This document shows, piece after piece, positions 20,068 through 32,234 of a stretch of 64,000 bases of DNA. The notes beneath the pieces are model-generated. The model had not been told where the DNA came from. It searched no databases and saw nothing but the letters and a program-made list of their open reading frames with translations. Position numbers and translations under genes: made by a program. The stretch covers positions 5,446-69,445 of the forward strand of contig DASYAG010000122.1 in the NCBI GenBank assembly GCA_036501485.1, read 5' to 3'. The DNA is from Acidothermaceae bacterium (GTDB taxonomy: Bacteria; Actinomycetota; Actinomycetes; Acidothermales; Acidothermaceae). The stretch's first letter is position 1, and every line of letters starts with the position of its first letter.

Positions 20068-20565
20068 GTGAGCGTCGAAGTCGCCAACGAATCCGGCGTC
20101 GCTATCGATGAACTGCGCCTGGTCGCCGTCGCTCGCCACGTGCTCGACGCGATGCGCATTCATCCGCTCGCCGAGCTGTCGATCCTGCTCGTCGATGAGG
20201 GCGAGATGACCGTTCTCCACGAGCGGTGGATGGACGAGCCAGGCCCCACCGACGTGCTCTCTTTTCCGATGGACGAGTTGCGTCCGGGCCGCGACGACCG
20301 TGACATCGAGGAAACAGACGACGCCGGCATGCTCGGCGATGTCGTGCTGTGCCCCGCAGTGGCTGCGAAGCAGGGCAAGGTCGCCGGGCATTCGGTGCAA
20401 GACGAGCTCGAACTCCTGTGCACGCACGGCATCTTGCACCTGCTCGGGTTCGACCACGCCGAACCTGACGACGAAAAAGAGATGTTCGGCCTCCAGCGCG
20501 ACTTGCTGACTGCTTGGCAATCCGCGCGGACTGCTCAGACGCCCGCCGAGAGCGCCGGCGCATGA
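20068..20565 (+). CDS. ybeY: rRNA maturation RNase YbeY
   Basis: Has the zinc motif HGILHLLGFDH and the TDVLSFP motif. The GTG start directly follows the phoH stop codon. Confidence 0.9.
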   Translation: MSVEVANESGVAIDELRLVAVARHVLDAMRIHPLAELSILLVDEGEMTVLHERWMDEPGPTDVLSFPMDELRPGRDDRDIEETDDAGMLGDVVLCPAVAAKQGKVAGHSVQDELELLCTHGILHLLGFDHAEPDDEKEMFGLQRDLLTAWQSARTAQTPAESAGA

Positions 20566-22028
20566 ATCCGGGCGACGTCCTGTGGCCGATCTGCGTGGTC
20601 GTGCTGATCTTTGTGGCCGGCGCGTGCGCCGCCGCCGATGCGGCGCTGTCGCGAGTCTCCCGGGTGCACGTTGATGACTATCTGCGCGACGACCGACGCG
20701 GCGCGGTGGCCCTACGGCGGGTGATCGCGGAGCCGCCGCGCTACCTCAACGTGGTGCTGTTGCTGCGCGTCGCCGCCGAAATGACCGCTGCCGTGATGGT
20801 CGCCGTATGGGCGATCGGCCGGTTCGGCAACAGCTGGGGCACTGTGCTCGCCACCGCTGCGGCCATGGTGGTGGTCAGTTACGTGGTGGTCGGCGTGGCG
20901 CCTCGCACGCTCGGCCGCCAGCACGCTGACGGTGTGGCGCTGTTCGCGGCGCCGTGGGTCGTGCGCCTCGCGGGGATCCTCGGACCGCTGCCGAAGTTCC
21001 TCATCGCCGTCGGCAACGCACTTACTCCCGGTCAAGGTTTTCGCGACGGCCCGTTCACCAGCGAAGCAGAACTGCGCGACATGGTCGACCTTGCCGAGGC
21101 CAGCAAGGTGATCGAGAGCGACGAGCGCCAGATGATCCACTCGGTGTTCGAACTCGGCAACACGATCGTGCGCGAGGTCATGGTTCCGCGCACCGACATG
21201 GTGTTCATCGAGCAGACTAAGACGCTGCGGCAGGCAATGTCACTCGCGTTGCGCAGCGGATTCTCCCGACTACCCGTGGTCGGTGAGAACGAAGACGACG
21301 TCGTTGGCACGGTCTACTTGCGCGACATCACCCGGCGCGTCTTTGAGTACCGCGACTCTGAGTCAACCGAACGCGTCGAATCACTGATGCGGCCAGCGAC
21401 ATTCGTACCTGACAGCAAACCCGCCGACGTGCTACTTCGCGAAATGCAGGCCGAGCGTATTCACCTCGTCATCGTCGTCGACGAGTACGGCGGCACCGCG
21501 GGTCTCGCGACCATCGAGGACATCCTCGAGGAGATCGTGGGTGAGATCACCGACGAGCACGATCGCGAAGGCCCGCGCATCGAGCGACTCCCCGACGGCG
21601 CCGTGCGGGTCACCGCCCGGCTGCCGGTAGACGAACTCGCGGAGTTGTTCGACGTCGAAATCGAGGACGATGACGATGTCGACACCGTGGGCGGCCTGCT
21701 CGCGCAGGCCCTCGGTCGAGTGCCGATCCCCGGCGCGACGGCGACGGTCGCCGGCCTCGAACTGGTCGCCGAGGGTGCGCGCGGACGCCGTAACACGATC
21801 GCCAGTGTCGTCGTCCGGCTCACTGACGAAGAACGCGCGAAGTCGCGTCGACGGCGCGAGGCCATCGATGGGATCCCTGGTGCCGAAGAGCCGGAGCCAC
21901 CGGTCGAGACGGAGGCGCTCCCGATGGCCAGCAGCGCCGCCGAAGCGGCCGGCGCCGCATCGAACGGTTCGGGGCGCACCGCTGCTGCGGCACCGGCGTC
22001 CGATGGATCGCAGCGTGCCGATGCCTGA
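20562..22028 (+). CDS. CNNM (DUF21) - CBS pair - CorC/HlyC family membrane protein
   Basis: ATG 20562 overlaps the ybeY stop (ATGA). N-terminal TM helices are followed by a CBS region (VREVMVPRTDMVF...RLPVV...GTVYLRD) and a CorC_HlyC tail. It occupies the conserved position between ybeY and era. Confidence 0.85.
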   Translation: MNPGDVLWPICVVVLIFVAGACAAADAALSRVSRVHVDDYLRDDRRGAVALRRVIAEPPRYLNVVLLLRVAAEMTAAVMVAVWAIGRFGNSWGTVLATAAAMVVVSYVVVGVAPRTLGRQHADGVALFAAPWVVRLAGILGPLPKFLIAVGNALTPGQGFRDGPFTSEAELRDMVDLAEASKVIESDERQMIHSVFELGNTIVREVMVPRTDMVFIEQTKTLRQAMSLALRSGFSRLPVVGENEDDVVGTVYLRDITRRVFEYRDSESTERVESLMRPATFVPDSKPADVLLREMQAERIHLVIVVDEYGGTAGLATIEDILEEIVGEITDEHDREGPRIERLPDGAVRVTARLPVDELAELFDVEIEDDDDVDTVGGLLAQALGRVPIPGATATVAGLELVAEGARGRRNTIASVVVRLTDEERAKSRRRREAIDGIPGAEEPEPPVETEALPMASSAAEAAGAASNGSGRTAAAAPASDGSQRADA

Positions 22029-22383
22029 GCCGATCGAACTCAAGCCGGACGACGCGAAGCTGGTCACGTTGGCCAGATCGGCGCGCGCCCGCAACAACAC
22101 CGCCGAGGGTGCCGCCGTGCGCGACGACACCGGCCGCACTTATGTGGCGACCACCGTGGAGTTGTCGTCGCTGCCGCTGTCGGCGCTGCAGGCGGCGGTC
22201 GTGATTGCCGTCGCGAGTGGCGCCGATGCGCTCGAGGCGGCCGCAATCGTCGGTGCCGCAGCGACTGCTCGCACGGAGGATCTCGCCGTGGTTGCCGACC
22301 TGTCGCCGGACGCGCCGATCATGCTCGCGGCGCTCGACGGCTCGGTTCATCGTGTCATCGGCTCATTTTCGGGTGGCGGGTGA
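22021..22383 (+). CDS. Cytidine-deaminase-fold-like small protein lacking the canonical zinc-ligand motifs
   Basis: About 120 aa, at the conserved slot between the CNNM gene and era, with overlaps on both sides. I see no H/CxE or PCxxC motif. The start is ambiguous (22003, 22015 or 22021). Confidence 0.55.
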   Translation: MPEPIELKPDDAKLVTLARSARARNNTAEGAAVRDDTGRTYVATTVELSSLPLSALQAAVVIAVASGADALEAAAIVGAAATARTEDLAVVADLSPDAPIMLAALDGSVHRVIGSFSGGG

Positions 22384-23273
22384 CAACGCCTCATCGCTCC
22401 GGCTTCGCTTGCGTCGTCGGTCGTCCGAACGCCGGTAAGTCGACGCTGCTCAACGCGCTTGTCGGCCAGAAGGTGGCCATCACCAGTGACCGGCCGCAGA
22501 CCACCCGCCACGCGGTCCGCGGCATCGTGCATCGGCCCGATGCGCAACTCATCGTCGTCGACACCCCTGGCCTGCATAAGCCGCGCACCTTGCTCGGCGA
22601 GCGACTGAACGACGTCGTGCGCACGACACTTGCCGAGGTCGACGTCATCGTGTTTTGCGTACCTGCGAACGAGAAGGTCGGGCCGGGCGACAAGTTCATC
22701 GCAGCCGAACTGAACCGGATCGAGAAGACGCCGGTCATCGCGGTCGTGACCAAGACCGATGCCGCTCCCAGCAGCGACGTCGCGTCACAGCTGCTCGCAT
22801 TGTCGCGGCTCGGTGAGTGGGCCGAGATCGTGCCCGTCTCTGCAGTTGCCGGCGAGCAGGTCGACTTGCTCGCCGACCTGTTGATCGCCCGACTGCCCGA
22901 AGGCCCGCCGCTCTATCTCGACGGCGAACTGACCGACGAGCCCGAGATGGTGATGATCGCCGAGCTCATTCGCGAAGCCGCGCTCGATGGGGTCCGCGAG
23001 GAGTTGCCGCACAGCCTCGCCGTCGTTGTCGAGGAGATGAAACAGCGCGAGGGCAAGGATTTGATCGACGTCTTCGCCGTCATGTACGTCGAGCGGCCGA
23101 GCCAGAAAGCGATCGTCATCGGCGCAGGCGGGTCACGCCTACGTGAGGTCGGTACGCGCGCACGCATGCAAGCCGAGGCGCTGCTCGGCACCCGCGTCTA
23201 CCTCGACTTGCGGGTGAAGGTCGCCAAAGACTGGCAGCGTGATCCCGCGCAGTTGCGCAAGCTGGGATTCTGA
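22380..23273 (+). CDS. era: GTPase Era
   Basis: G1 is GRPNAGKSTL, G3 is DTPG and G4 is TKTD, with a C-terminal KH domain. The GTGA start overlaps the upstream stop codon. Confidence 0.95.
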   Translation: MTTPHRSGFACVVGRPNAGKSTLLNALVGQKVAITSDRPQTTRHAVRGIVHRPDAQLIVVDTPGLHKPRTLLGERLNDVVRTTLAEVDVIVFCVPANEKVGPGDKFIAAELNRIEKTPVIAVVTKTDAAPSSDVASQLLALSRLGEWAEIVPVSAVAGEQVDLLADLLIARLPEGPPLYLDGELTDEPEMVMIAELIREAALDGVREELPHSLAVVVEEMKQREGKDLIDVFAVMYVERPSQKAIVIGAGGSRLREVGTRARMQAEALLGTRVYLDLRVKVAKDWQRDPAQLRKLGF

Positions 23274-23274
23274 G

Positions 23275-23691
23275 GTGGCCGAGCAGGCCGGTTACTCCGG
23301 CACTCCGCTGGCAAAGAAGCTAGGCATCAAGGACGGCGCGGTGTTGGCGTTGGTCGGTGCGCCGCCGAAGTGGTCGCGAGACCTCCCCGATGGTGTGACG
23401 GTCGTGCGAAAGTCGCGGCAGCGCGCTCGTTTGGTTGATGCCGACGTCGCGCTGGTGTTCTGCCGCACTGCAGCCGACGTGGCCGACGTCCCTTCACTGG
23501 TGGAGTCACTGCCGGAGCAGGGCACACTCTGGGTGGCGTGGCCACGGAAAGCAGGCGGTCACGTGAGTGACATCAGTGACAACTTGCTGCGCGAGGTGTT
23601 GCTCCCCACCGGCGTTGTCGACGTGAAGGTCGCTGCGGTCGACGTCGACTGGTCGGGCCTGAAGTTCGTGTGGCGCAAGGAGAACCGATGA
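23275..23691 (+). CDS. DUF3052-like protein
   Basis: VAEQAGYSGTPLAKKLGIKDG... resembles the DUF3052 family N-terminus as I recall it. GTG 23275 lies 1 nt after the era stop codon. Confidence 0.6.
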   Translation: MAEQAGYSGTPLAKKLGIKDGAVLALVGAPPKWSRDLPDGVTVVRKSRQRARLVDADVALVFCRTAADVADVPSLVESLPEQGTLWVAWPRKAGGHVSDISDNLLREVLLPTGVVDVKVAAVDVDWSGLKFVWRKENR

Positions 23692-24389
23692 CGAAGACGC
23701 CGGCGCTGATCTTCGACTTCGATGGGCTGCTCGTCGATTCCGAGTCGACCGCGCTACTCGCCTGGCGCGAGCAATTCGCCGTCCACGAACTGGATTTTCC
23801 GCTTGAAGTTTGGCATCAGTTCATCGGCTCGCAGGGCAGCCAAGAGGCGATGATGGCCGCCATTCGCGCAGGCGGTATCGAGTTCGACGACGCCGAACTG
23901 CGAGCGGAGTGGCGAGAGCGCCACAACCGAATCGTGAGCACGGAGCCATTGAGGGCCGGCGTCGAAGCATTCCTCGACGAGGCGGCGGCCGCCGGAGCAA
24001 GGTTCGCCGTCGCGTCGAGTGCCACTCGCGACTGGCTTGACCAACAACTCGGCCGCCTCGGCATTCACGATCGGTTCGAGGTGATCTGCGCCAGGGACAA
24101 CGGGCGGGTGAAGCCAGCGCCCGACATCTACCTCGCAGCGATCGCGGCGCTGGGAGTCGAAGCGGCCGATGCCATCGCGTTCGAGGACTCGCCCAACGGG
24201 ATCACCGCGGCCAAAGCGGCCGGCCTCTACTGCGTTGCCGTGCCCAACGCCGTGACGGCGGAACTGCCGCTCGGGCGGGCCGACTTGCGGGTCGAGTCGT
24301 TCACCGAGATTTCCTACTCGGAATTGGTCGATCGTTTGCGCGGCGCTTCGGGGTATGATTCTGCCAATGTCAAAGCTCCTGCTCCTTAG
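23688..24389 (+). CDS. HAD-IA family hydrolase (beta-phosphoglucomutase-like)
   Basis: Motifs ALIFDFDGLLVDSE, VASSA, KPAPDIY and FEDSPNG. ATGA overlap with the upstream gene. Confidence 0.75.
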   Translation: MTKTPALIFDFDGLLVDSESTALLAWREQFAVHELDFPLEVWHQFIGSQGSQEAMMAAIRAGGIEFDDAELRAEWRERHNRIVSTEPLRAGVEAFLDEAAAAGARFAVASSATRDWLDQQLGRLGIHDRFEVICARDNGRVKPAPDIYLAAIAALGVEAADAIAFEDSPNGITAAKAAGLYCVAVPNAVTAELPLGRADLRVESFTEISYSELVDRLRGASGYDSANVKAPAP

Positions 24390-24411
24390 CTGCCGCGGCG
24401 AGACCCTCTAA
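24367..24411 (+). promoter_or_regulatory. Candidate leucine leader peptide MSKLLLLSCRGETL of a leuA attenuator
   Basis: The sequence reads ATG TCA AAG CTC CTG CTC CTT AGC ... TAA, with four consecutive Leu codons 73 nt upstream of leuA. Competing stems follow it (see findings). Confidence 0.55.
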
Positions 24412-26229
<1,818 letters not shown>

Positions 26230-26342
26230 CTCAGCCCCTCGCCGTCCTGCCCGAGTCTTGCTCGGGTGGGACGCGCGGCGCGGAAGGCGAATGGCGGCGG
26301 GTTCAGGGAGAATGACCCGGTGAGCAACGCGGACGGCGAATC

Positions 26343-27074
26343 GTGACCCTCTACCGGGACGACGGAATCGTGCTGCGCGTCCAGAAGCTTGGTGAGGCCG
26401 ACCGCATCGTCAGCCTGCTCACGCGCCGGACCGGGCGAGTGCGGGCGGTCGCGAAGGGTGTTCGGCGCACGAAGTCGAAGTTTGGCGGACGACTCGAGCC
26501 GTTCTCCCACGTCGATGCGCAGTTCTACGTCGGGCGCTCGCTCGACATCGTGACCCAGGTGGAGACCTACACCGCATTCGGCGACCGGTTGGCGGGGGAC
26601 TATCCGCGCTACACGGCCGGCACCGCGATGCTCGAGACCGCCGAGCGGTTGACCGCCGAAGAGCGCGAGCCAGCGCTGCGGCTCTATCTCTTGCTGGTCG
26701 GCGGACTGCGGGCGCTGACCGAAGAGACTCACGACGCGCGTCTTGTGCTCGATGCGTTCGCGCTGCGTGCGCTTGCGGTCTCCGGCTATGCGCCGGCGTT
26801 GGGGGAGTGCGCGCGTTGTGGTGCCGAGGGTCCGCATCGCTGGTTCTCGGTGCAGGGCGGCGGCACGGTGTGCGCCGATTGCCGTCCGGCTGGCTCGGCC
26901 ACCCCGTCGTCCGAGGCATTGCTTCTTCTCGAAGCCTTGCTGGACGGCGATTGGCTGGCCGCCGATGCGAGCGAATCACGGCACCAACGCGAGGCGAGTG
27001 GGCTGACTGCTGCGTATCTGCAGTGGCATCTCGAGCACAGCATCCGCTCGCTGCGACTGGTCGAGCACGCCTGA
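26343..27074 (+). CDS. recO: DNA repair protein RecO
   Basis: [33 protein letters not shown] is a typical RecO OB-fold N-terminus. A CxxC...CxxC zinc motif (CARCG...CADC) is also present. Confidence 0.9.
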   Translation: MTLYRDDGIVLRVQKLGEADRIVSLLTRRTGRVRAVAKGVRRTKSKFGGRLEPFSHVDAQFYVGRSLDIVTQVETYTAFGDRLAGDYPRYTAGTAMLETAERLTAEEREPALRLYLLLVGGLRALTEETHDARLVLDAFALRALAVSGYAPALGECARCGAEGPHRWFSVQGGGTVCADCRPAGSATPSSEALLLLEALLDGDWLAADASESRHQREASGLTAAYLQWHLEHSIRSLRLVEHA

Positions 27075-27874
27075 TGGCTGCGCGGCGCGAGGTCAGTCTT
27101 CCGGCACCGCATCCGTCGGGCGCCCGGCCGCCACTGCTTCCGCCCGAACTCGTGCCACGACACGTGGCGATCGTGATGGATGGGAATGGTCGGTGGGCTC
27201 GGGCTCGCGGCTTGCCCCGCACCGCCGGCCATGAACGCGGCGAGGCAGCGCTACTCGACGTCGTCGAAGGCGCCATCGAAGTCGGCGTGGGCGCGATCTC
27301 GGCGTACGCATTTTCGACGGAGAACTGGAAGCGCTCGCCCGACGAAGTGAAGTTCCTGATGGGCTTCAACCGCGACGTGATTCGCCGCCGTCGTGACTAC
27401 ATGCACTCACTCGGCGTTCGGGTGCGTTGGGCCGGGCGGCGTCCGCGATTGTGGGCGAGCGTCATTCGCGAACTCGAAATCGCCGAGGACTTGACCCGCG
27501 ACAACGACGTGCTCACGTTGACGATGTGCGTGAACTACGGCGGCCGTGCCGAGATTGCTGATGCCGCGCGAGCACTCGCCCTCGACGTCGCGGCGGGCAA
27601 GCTCGACCCGAAACGGGTCGATGAGAAGATCTTCGCGCGCTACCTCGACGAGCCTTCAATGCCGGACGTCGATCTGTTCCTGCGATCGTCAGGTGAACAA
27701 CGCACGTCGAACTTCCTGCCATGGCAATCGGCCTACGCCGAGATGGTGTTTCTCGACACGCTGTGGCCCGATTTCGACCGGCGCGATCTGTGGCGGGCGG
27801 TCGAGATCTACGCCAGTCGCGATCGTCGGTACGGGACTGCGCGACCGAACCTCTCGGCGTCCGGCGGAGATTGA
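27074..27874 (+). CDS. uppS: Isoprenyl (Z-prenyl) diphosphate synthase
   Basis: Motifs [25 protein letters not shown] and [15 protein letters not shown]. The start overlaps the recO stop (TGATG). Confidence 0.9.
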   Translation: MAARREVSLPAPHPSGARPPLLPPELVPRHVAIVMDGNGRWARARGLPRTAGHERGEAALLDVVEGAIEVGVGAISAYAFSTENWKRSPDEVKFLMGFNRDVIRRRRDYMHSLGVRVRWAGRRPRLWASVIRELEIAEDLTRDNDVLTLTMCVNYGGRAEIADAARALALDVAAGKLDPKRVDEKIFARYLDEPSMPDVDLFLRSSGEQRTSNFLPWQSAYAEMVFLDTLWPDFDRRDLWRAVEIYASRDRRYGTARPNLSASGGD

Positions 27875-27915
27875 TACGCTGGCCGCTCACCGACCGCCAG
27901 CCGGATGGACATTTC

Positions 27916-29316
<1,401 letters not shown>

Positions 29317-29363
29317 CCGTAGCCGCGGTCGGCCGTTCGAGGCTGCGCCAAATCCTGCGCATC

Positions 29364-29384
29364 TACTGCCCTCCAGGGGCAGTA
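29364..29384. terminator. Hairpin between convergent glyS and the immunity gene
   Basis: TACTGCCC-tccag-GGGCAGTA, 48 nt after the glyS stop codon. It could act in both directions. Confidence 0.4.
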
Positions 29385-29496
29385 AGTGCGCAAGATCTCG
29401 GCGTCGGAGTCGTTACCCGACCCTCATCATCCGTACGCCAAGACCGCTGATGCTCTACGCGTCCAAGAACGCGCGCTGACCAACAACACTCCGCAG

Positions 29497-29844
29497 CTAG
29501 TTTCGCCGACGGGTCTCGACGGGTACTGCGGAGTCCGGCTGCGTATTCCGTCCTGCTTCAAGTTCTCTGAGCAAGCCGGTTAGCCAAGCGCGCATGGTGA
29601 CGTTCTCGCGCGATGGATCGTAGTAAAGCGAGTAGTCCTCATCGATCGTTTGATGGAACTCGTCATCCGCCATGGGCTCTTGTACAAGCTCCCTGAGTTC
29701 CTCGATGACCTGATGGATCAGGATTGGATCAGCCGTGTCGAGAAAATCCATAGCGACATCGAGGCGTGACTCTGCGTCGAGCTGCCAGTCGGGATGGAAG
29801 TAGGAAAGGAATAATTCTTGGACGGCGAAGTAGCGGCGCTTCAC
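29497..29844 (-). CDS. CdiI-like immunity protein (family labelled contact-dependent growth inhibition system immunity protein)
   Basis: The GTG start overlaps the toxin stop (GTGA). The motif FLSYFHPDWQLD...YYDP...W resembles the FGAYFHQDW...-type immunity family as I recall it. The protein is acidic, 115 aa, and its gene is visibly lower in GC than its neighbours. Confidence 0.6.
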   Translation of the reverse strand: MKRRYFAVQELFLSYFHPDWQLDAESRLDVAMDFLDTADPILIHQVIEELRELVQEPMADDEFHQTIDEDYSLYYDPSRENVTMRAWLTGLLRELEAGRNTQPDSAVPVETRRRN

Positions 29845-31211
29845 GGGGCAACAAATCCCGTCAACATGTAATAGCCCAGCGGAGCCGAGGGTTGTGCTCG
29901 TAGGACCGCGACGGCGGTGGTGCCGTCGACTGATTCTCCTCTTCCTGCGAAGAGAACCCGGCCCACGGGTCTGTCAAAGGTTGCGGCGAACCTAAACTTC
30001 GCGCCGGCCTTCGCGCCCGCCAGCCAGACCCGGATCTCGCGTCCATTCGCCCATTGTAGATCCGCGAGGGCCTGCTCGGCCGTCGCACGGTCGGTGAAGG
30101 TCGATGCCTCGGTAACGCCCCGTGAAGCGAGACTGTCGTCGCCAACGCCGACATGAGTCAACACATGTCCGCCGAGCGCGTCATTTGCTCCGAGGCCGCC
30201 CGGATACGCGAGCCCGGAGCCTTTTGACGCCTGGAGCGCATGCGCGGCTTCGCCGTTGCTGGCGTGGACGATTGTGCTTGGTTTGATTAGGCGCGATTCG
30301 CGGAGTAGTGGTGCCGCTTTGGTGACGAGCTTGCCTCCTCCGGCTGGTGCGAAGCTCAGCGCGTCGACGCCCACCGAAGTCCACGAACCCTTGCCGGTTG
30401 CAGCAAGCGCAGTGTCGGCCATTCCTGCTGCGACCGAGCTGACCAGCGACACGGTCTCCAGTGCCGCTGCTGCAGCTTCCAGTGGCGGGAATGCGACGCC
30501 AGCGACCGCGAGAATCAGTGCCGCAGCACCGGCCAACGCCGATACAACGGTGCCGATCTTCGACACTTCGCGCAGTGTCTGGGTCCAATGGGTGGATGCC
30601 CAATGACCAACGGAGTGCGTGACGTGGTGGAACCACGACTGGTTGTGGATGCCGACGTGTGACGCCTGCTGCAACGCGGCCGCCGCAATACGCGCGGCCT
30701 GCTGCTGTTGCTCGTGCGCGTCGTCGTTCGATGCGACCGCTCTCTTGAGATCCGCGGCAGCCTCGTCGATGGACGCCTCGTAGCGCGTTGCAGTTAGAGG
30801 CGGTGGAAGTAGTCCGGTTGTGCGCGCGACAGTAGTAGCAGAAGCATCGCGGGCCGCAGCCGCTGCGTGCGCGGCAACAGCGGACGCAAGCTCGGCACTC
30901 GCGCGATCAGCTGCTGCGATTGCAGATGTTGACTGGTCTTGTGCGTCGGCGAGTGTGCGCGCGTAGGAGCCCAGCGCACGTCCTGCTGCCGCATAGGACA
31001 CGTTCGCTTTGTCGAGTGACGGCGGTAGCGACGCGGTGCGGACGTGGGCGGAAACAGCGGCCGCGCCTGTCCACGAGTCATCGCCAGCCGCAAGTGCGCG
31101 TAGTCGGCTCGCAATGTTCGCAACATCCAACGCGATTGACTCGAGTGTGCGACCGGCAGCTGAAACAGCCATTGGATCGCCGGCGATCGGATCGAGAACA
31201 TCAACAGGCAC
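29841..31211 (-). CDS. Polymorphic toxin candidate: WxG helical N-terminal domain, hydrophobic central segment, RNase-A-like (CdiA-CT type) C-terminal domain
   Basis: W47-T-G49 lies in an Ala-rich helical N-terminus. A hydrophobic stretch spans aa 219-272. The C-terminus GGHVLTHVGVGDDSLASR...STFTDRATAEQAL...YYMLTGFVAP resembles the GHT(I/L)xRHVGK...L(T/S)xYP pattern of bacterial RNase-A-like toxin domains. An immunity-like gene follows. Confidence 0.6.
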   Translation of the reverse strand: MPVDVLDPIAGDPMAVSAAGRTLESIALDVANIASRLRALAAGDDSWTGAAAVSAHVRTASLPPSLDKANVSYAAAGRALGSYARTLADAQDQSTSAIAAADRASAELASAVAAHAAAAARDASATTVARTTGLLPPPLTATRYEASIDEAAADLKRAVASNDDAHEQQQQAARIAAAALQQASHVGIHNQSWFHHVTHSVGHWASTHWTQTLREVSKIGTVVSALAGAAALILAVAGVAFPPLEAAAAALETVSLVSSVAAGMADTALAATGKGSWTSVGVDALSFAPAGGGKLVTKAAPLLRESRLIKPSTIVHASNGEAAHALQASKGSGLAYPGGLGANDALGGHVLTHVGVGDDSLASRGVTEASTFTDRATAEQALADLQWANGREIRVWLAGAKAGAKFRFAATFDRPVGRVLFAGRGESVDGTTAVAVLRAQPSAPLGYYMLTGFVAP

Positions 31212-31275
31212 AGCGAGAAGTTAGCTGTTCGTCAACCCCGCAGCTGTTGAAGTGGCCACGCCTGTGGACAACGCA

Positions 31276-31947
31276 TCAGTAGTGCAACTCGAGACTCTGA
31301 GCCATCGTGTCGAACAGTTCGGTCATTATCCGGGCATATGGAGGGCACGTAGAAGTGAACGTCACCACGACATGCGCACCACAGCCGAACAACGGCACGA
31401 TGTATTGCACGACGATCCCGTCGTTCTCGACGCAAAGTCGCACCACCGCGCCGACGAATGGCAGCGTCACGACCCCGGCGTTGGCACCGGTCCAGATGGG
31501 GTCACCGTCAATGACGGCTACTAGCGCGACGCACCGTTCGGCCACAGACGGGTTCCGCTCACCGGGAAATACCACCGTGTCGACCTCACAGATTTGCATC
31601 ACGACGGTTGCGACTAGCGCGCCATACTTGGTGTCCTCGATGACCCTCGACGCGCAGTAGAAAGCGCCGGCGTTGTTGGCGCGAGTGGTTAGGCGATCGA
31701 GCAAGGCGATGAGCGGGATGGCGTCGGGTGCCAATGCCCGCGAGCGGACTATCGCCCGTCGAACTGCACGGCGGATCGACGTGTGCCGAGTGCTGGCATC
31801 GAGGTCGAGCTCGATCCAATTGCCCGGCGTGACGATGCTCGCCTTCGCCAGGGGGCGCGGCGCCAGCGGCCCCAGTAGTTCGATCCTCTGCGCCGGCGGA
31901 TCGGAGGGCTGCCACCCCAACCCCTCGTCGTCCGGACTGATCGTCAT
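31276..31947 (-). CDS. Hypothetical protein of the toxin locus (no recognisable family)
   Basis: 223-aa ORF whose ATGA start overlaps the upstream small gene. It has no TM helix or signal peptide by eye, and looks like a mixed alpha/beta, Val-rich protein. Confidence 0.55.
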   Translation of the reverse strand: MTISPDDEGLGWQPSDPPAQRIELLGPLAPRPLAKASIVTPGNWIELDLDASTRHTSIRRAVRRAIVRSRALAPDAIPLIALLDRLTTRANNAGAFYCASRVIEDTKYGALVATVVMQICEVDTVVFPGERNPSVAERCVALVAVIDGDPIWTGANAGVVTLPFVGAVVRLCVENDGIVVQYIVPLFGCGAHVVVTFTSTCPPYARIMTELFDTMAQSLELHY

Positions 31948-32234
31948 TGCATTGCTGCTGCGAGGTCGCCGTCAGTGGAGCTGTAGATCTGAGACGCCTG
32001 GGTGAGCAGATCCGAGAGCTGCCCGACGTCCGCACAGATTTGAGCCCGACCGTCGTGCCAGCCGGTGACGAAGTGGTGCAAGGCGCCCGCGACCACGTCT
32101 GAACCGAGCGCCGGCCCAACATCGACGCCGAGGTCTGCGGTCAGCGAGAGGTCGTCGCGGACCCGGCCCACGGCACAGGCGAGCAAGGCAAGAGAAGCGG
32201 GCGTGACAACAAATCCCCGCGCGGCGTCCGGCAC
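31944..32234 (-). CDS. Small helical WXG100/EspC-like protein with C-terminal YxxxD motif
   Basis: 96 aa, first gene of the locus. FVVTPASL...HHFVTGW...LLTQASQIYSSTDGDLAAA follows the layout of EspC/DUF2580-type T7SS substrates. Y84-S-S-T-D88 is a YxxxD/E export motif. Confidence 0.5.
   Translation of the reverse strand: MPDAARGFVVTPASLALLACAVGRVRDDLSLTADLGVDVGPALGSDVVAGALHHFVTGWHDGRAQICADVGQLSDLLTQASQIYSSTDGDLAAAMQ

Noticed and set aside
26250-26266. CCCGAG-tcttg-CTCGGG hairpin after leuA
   Set aside because: The stem is only 6 bp and there is no T-tract, so it is too weak to call a terminator.
29386-29583. 65-aa plus-strand ORF in the glyS / immunity-gene gap
   Set aside because: It overlaps the 3' end of the immunity gene, lies in low-GC non-coding-looking sequence and has no ribosome-binding site.
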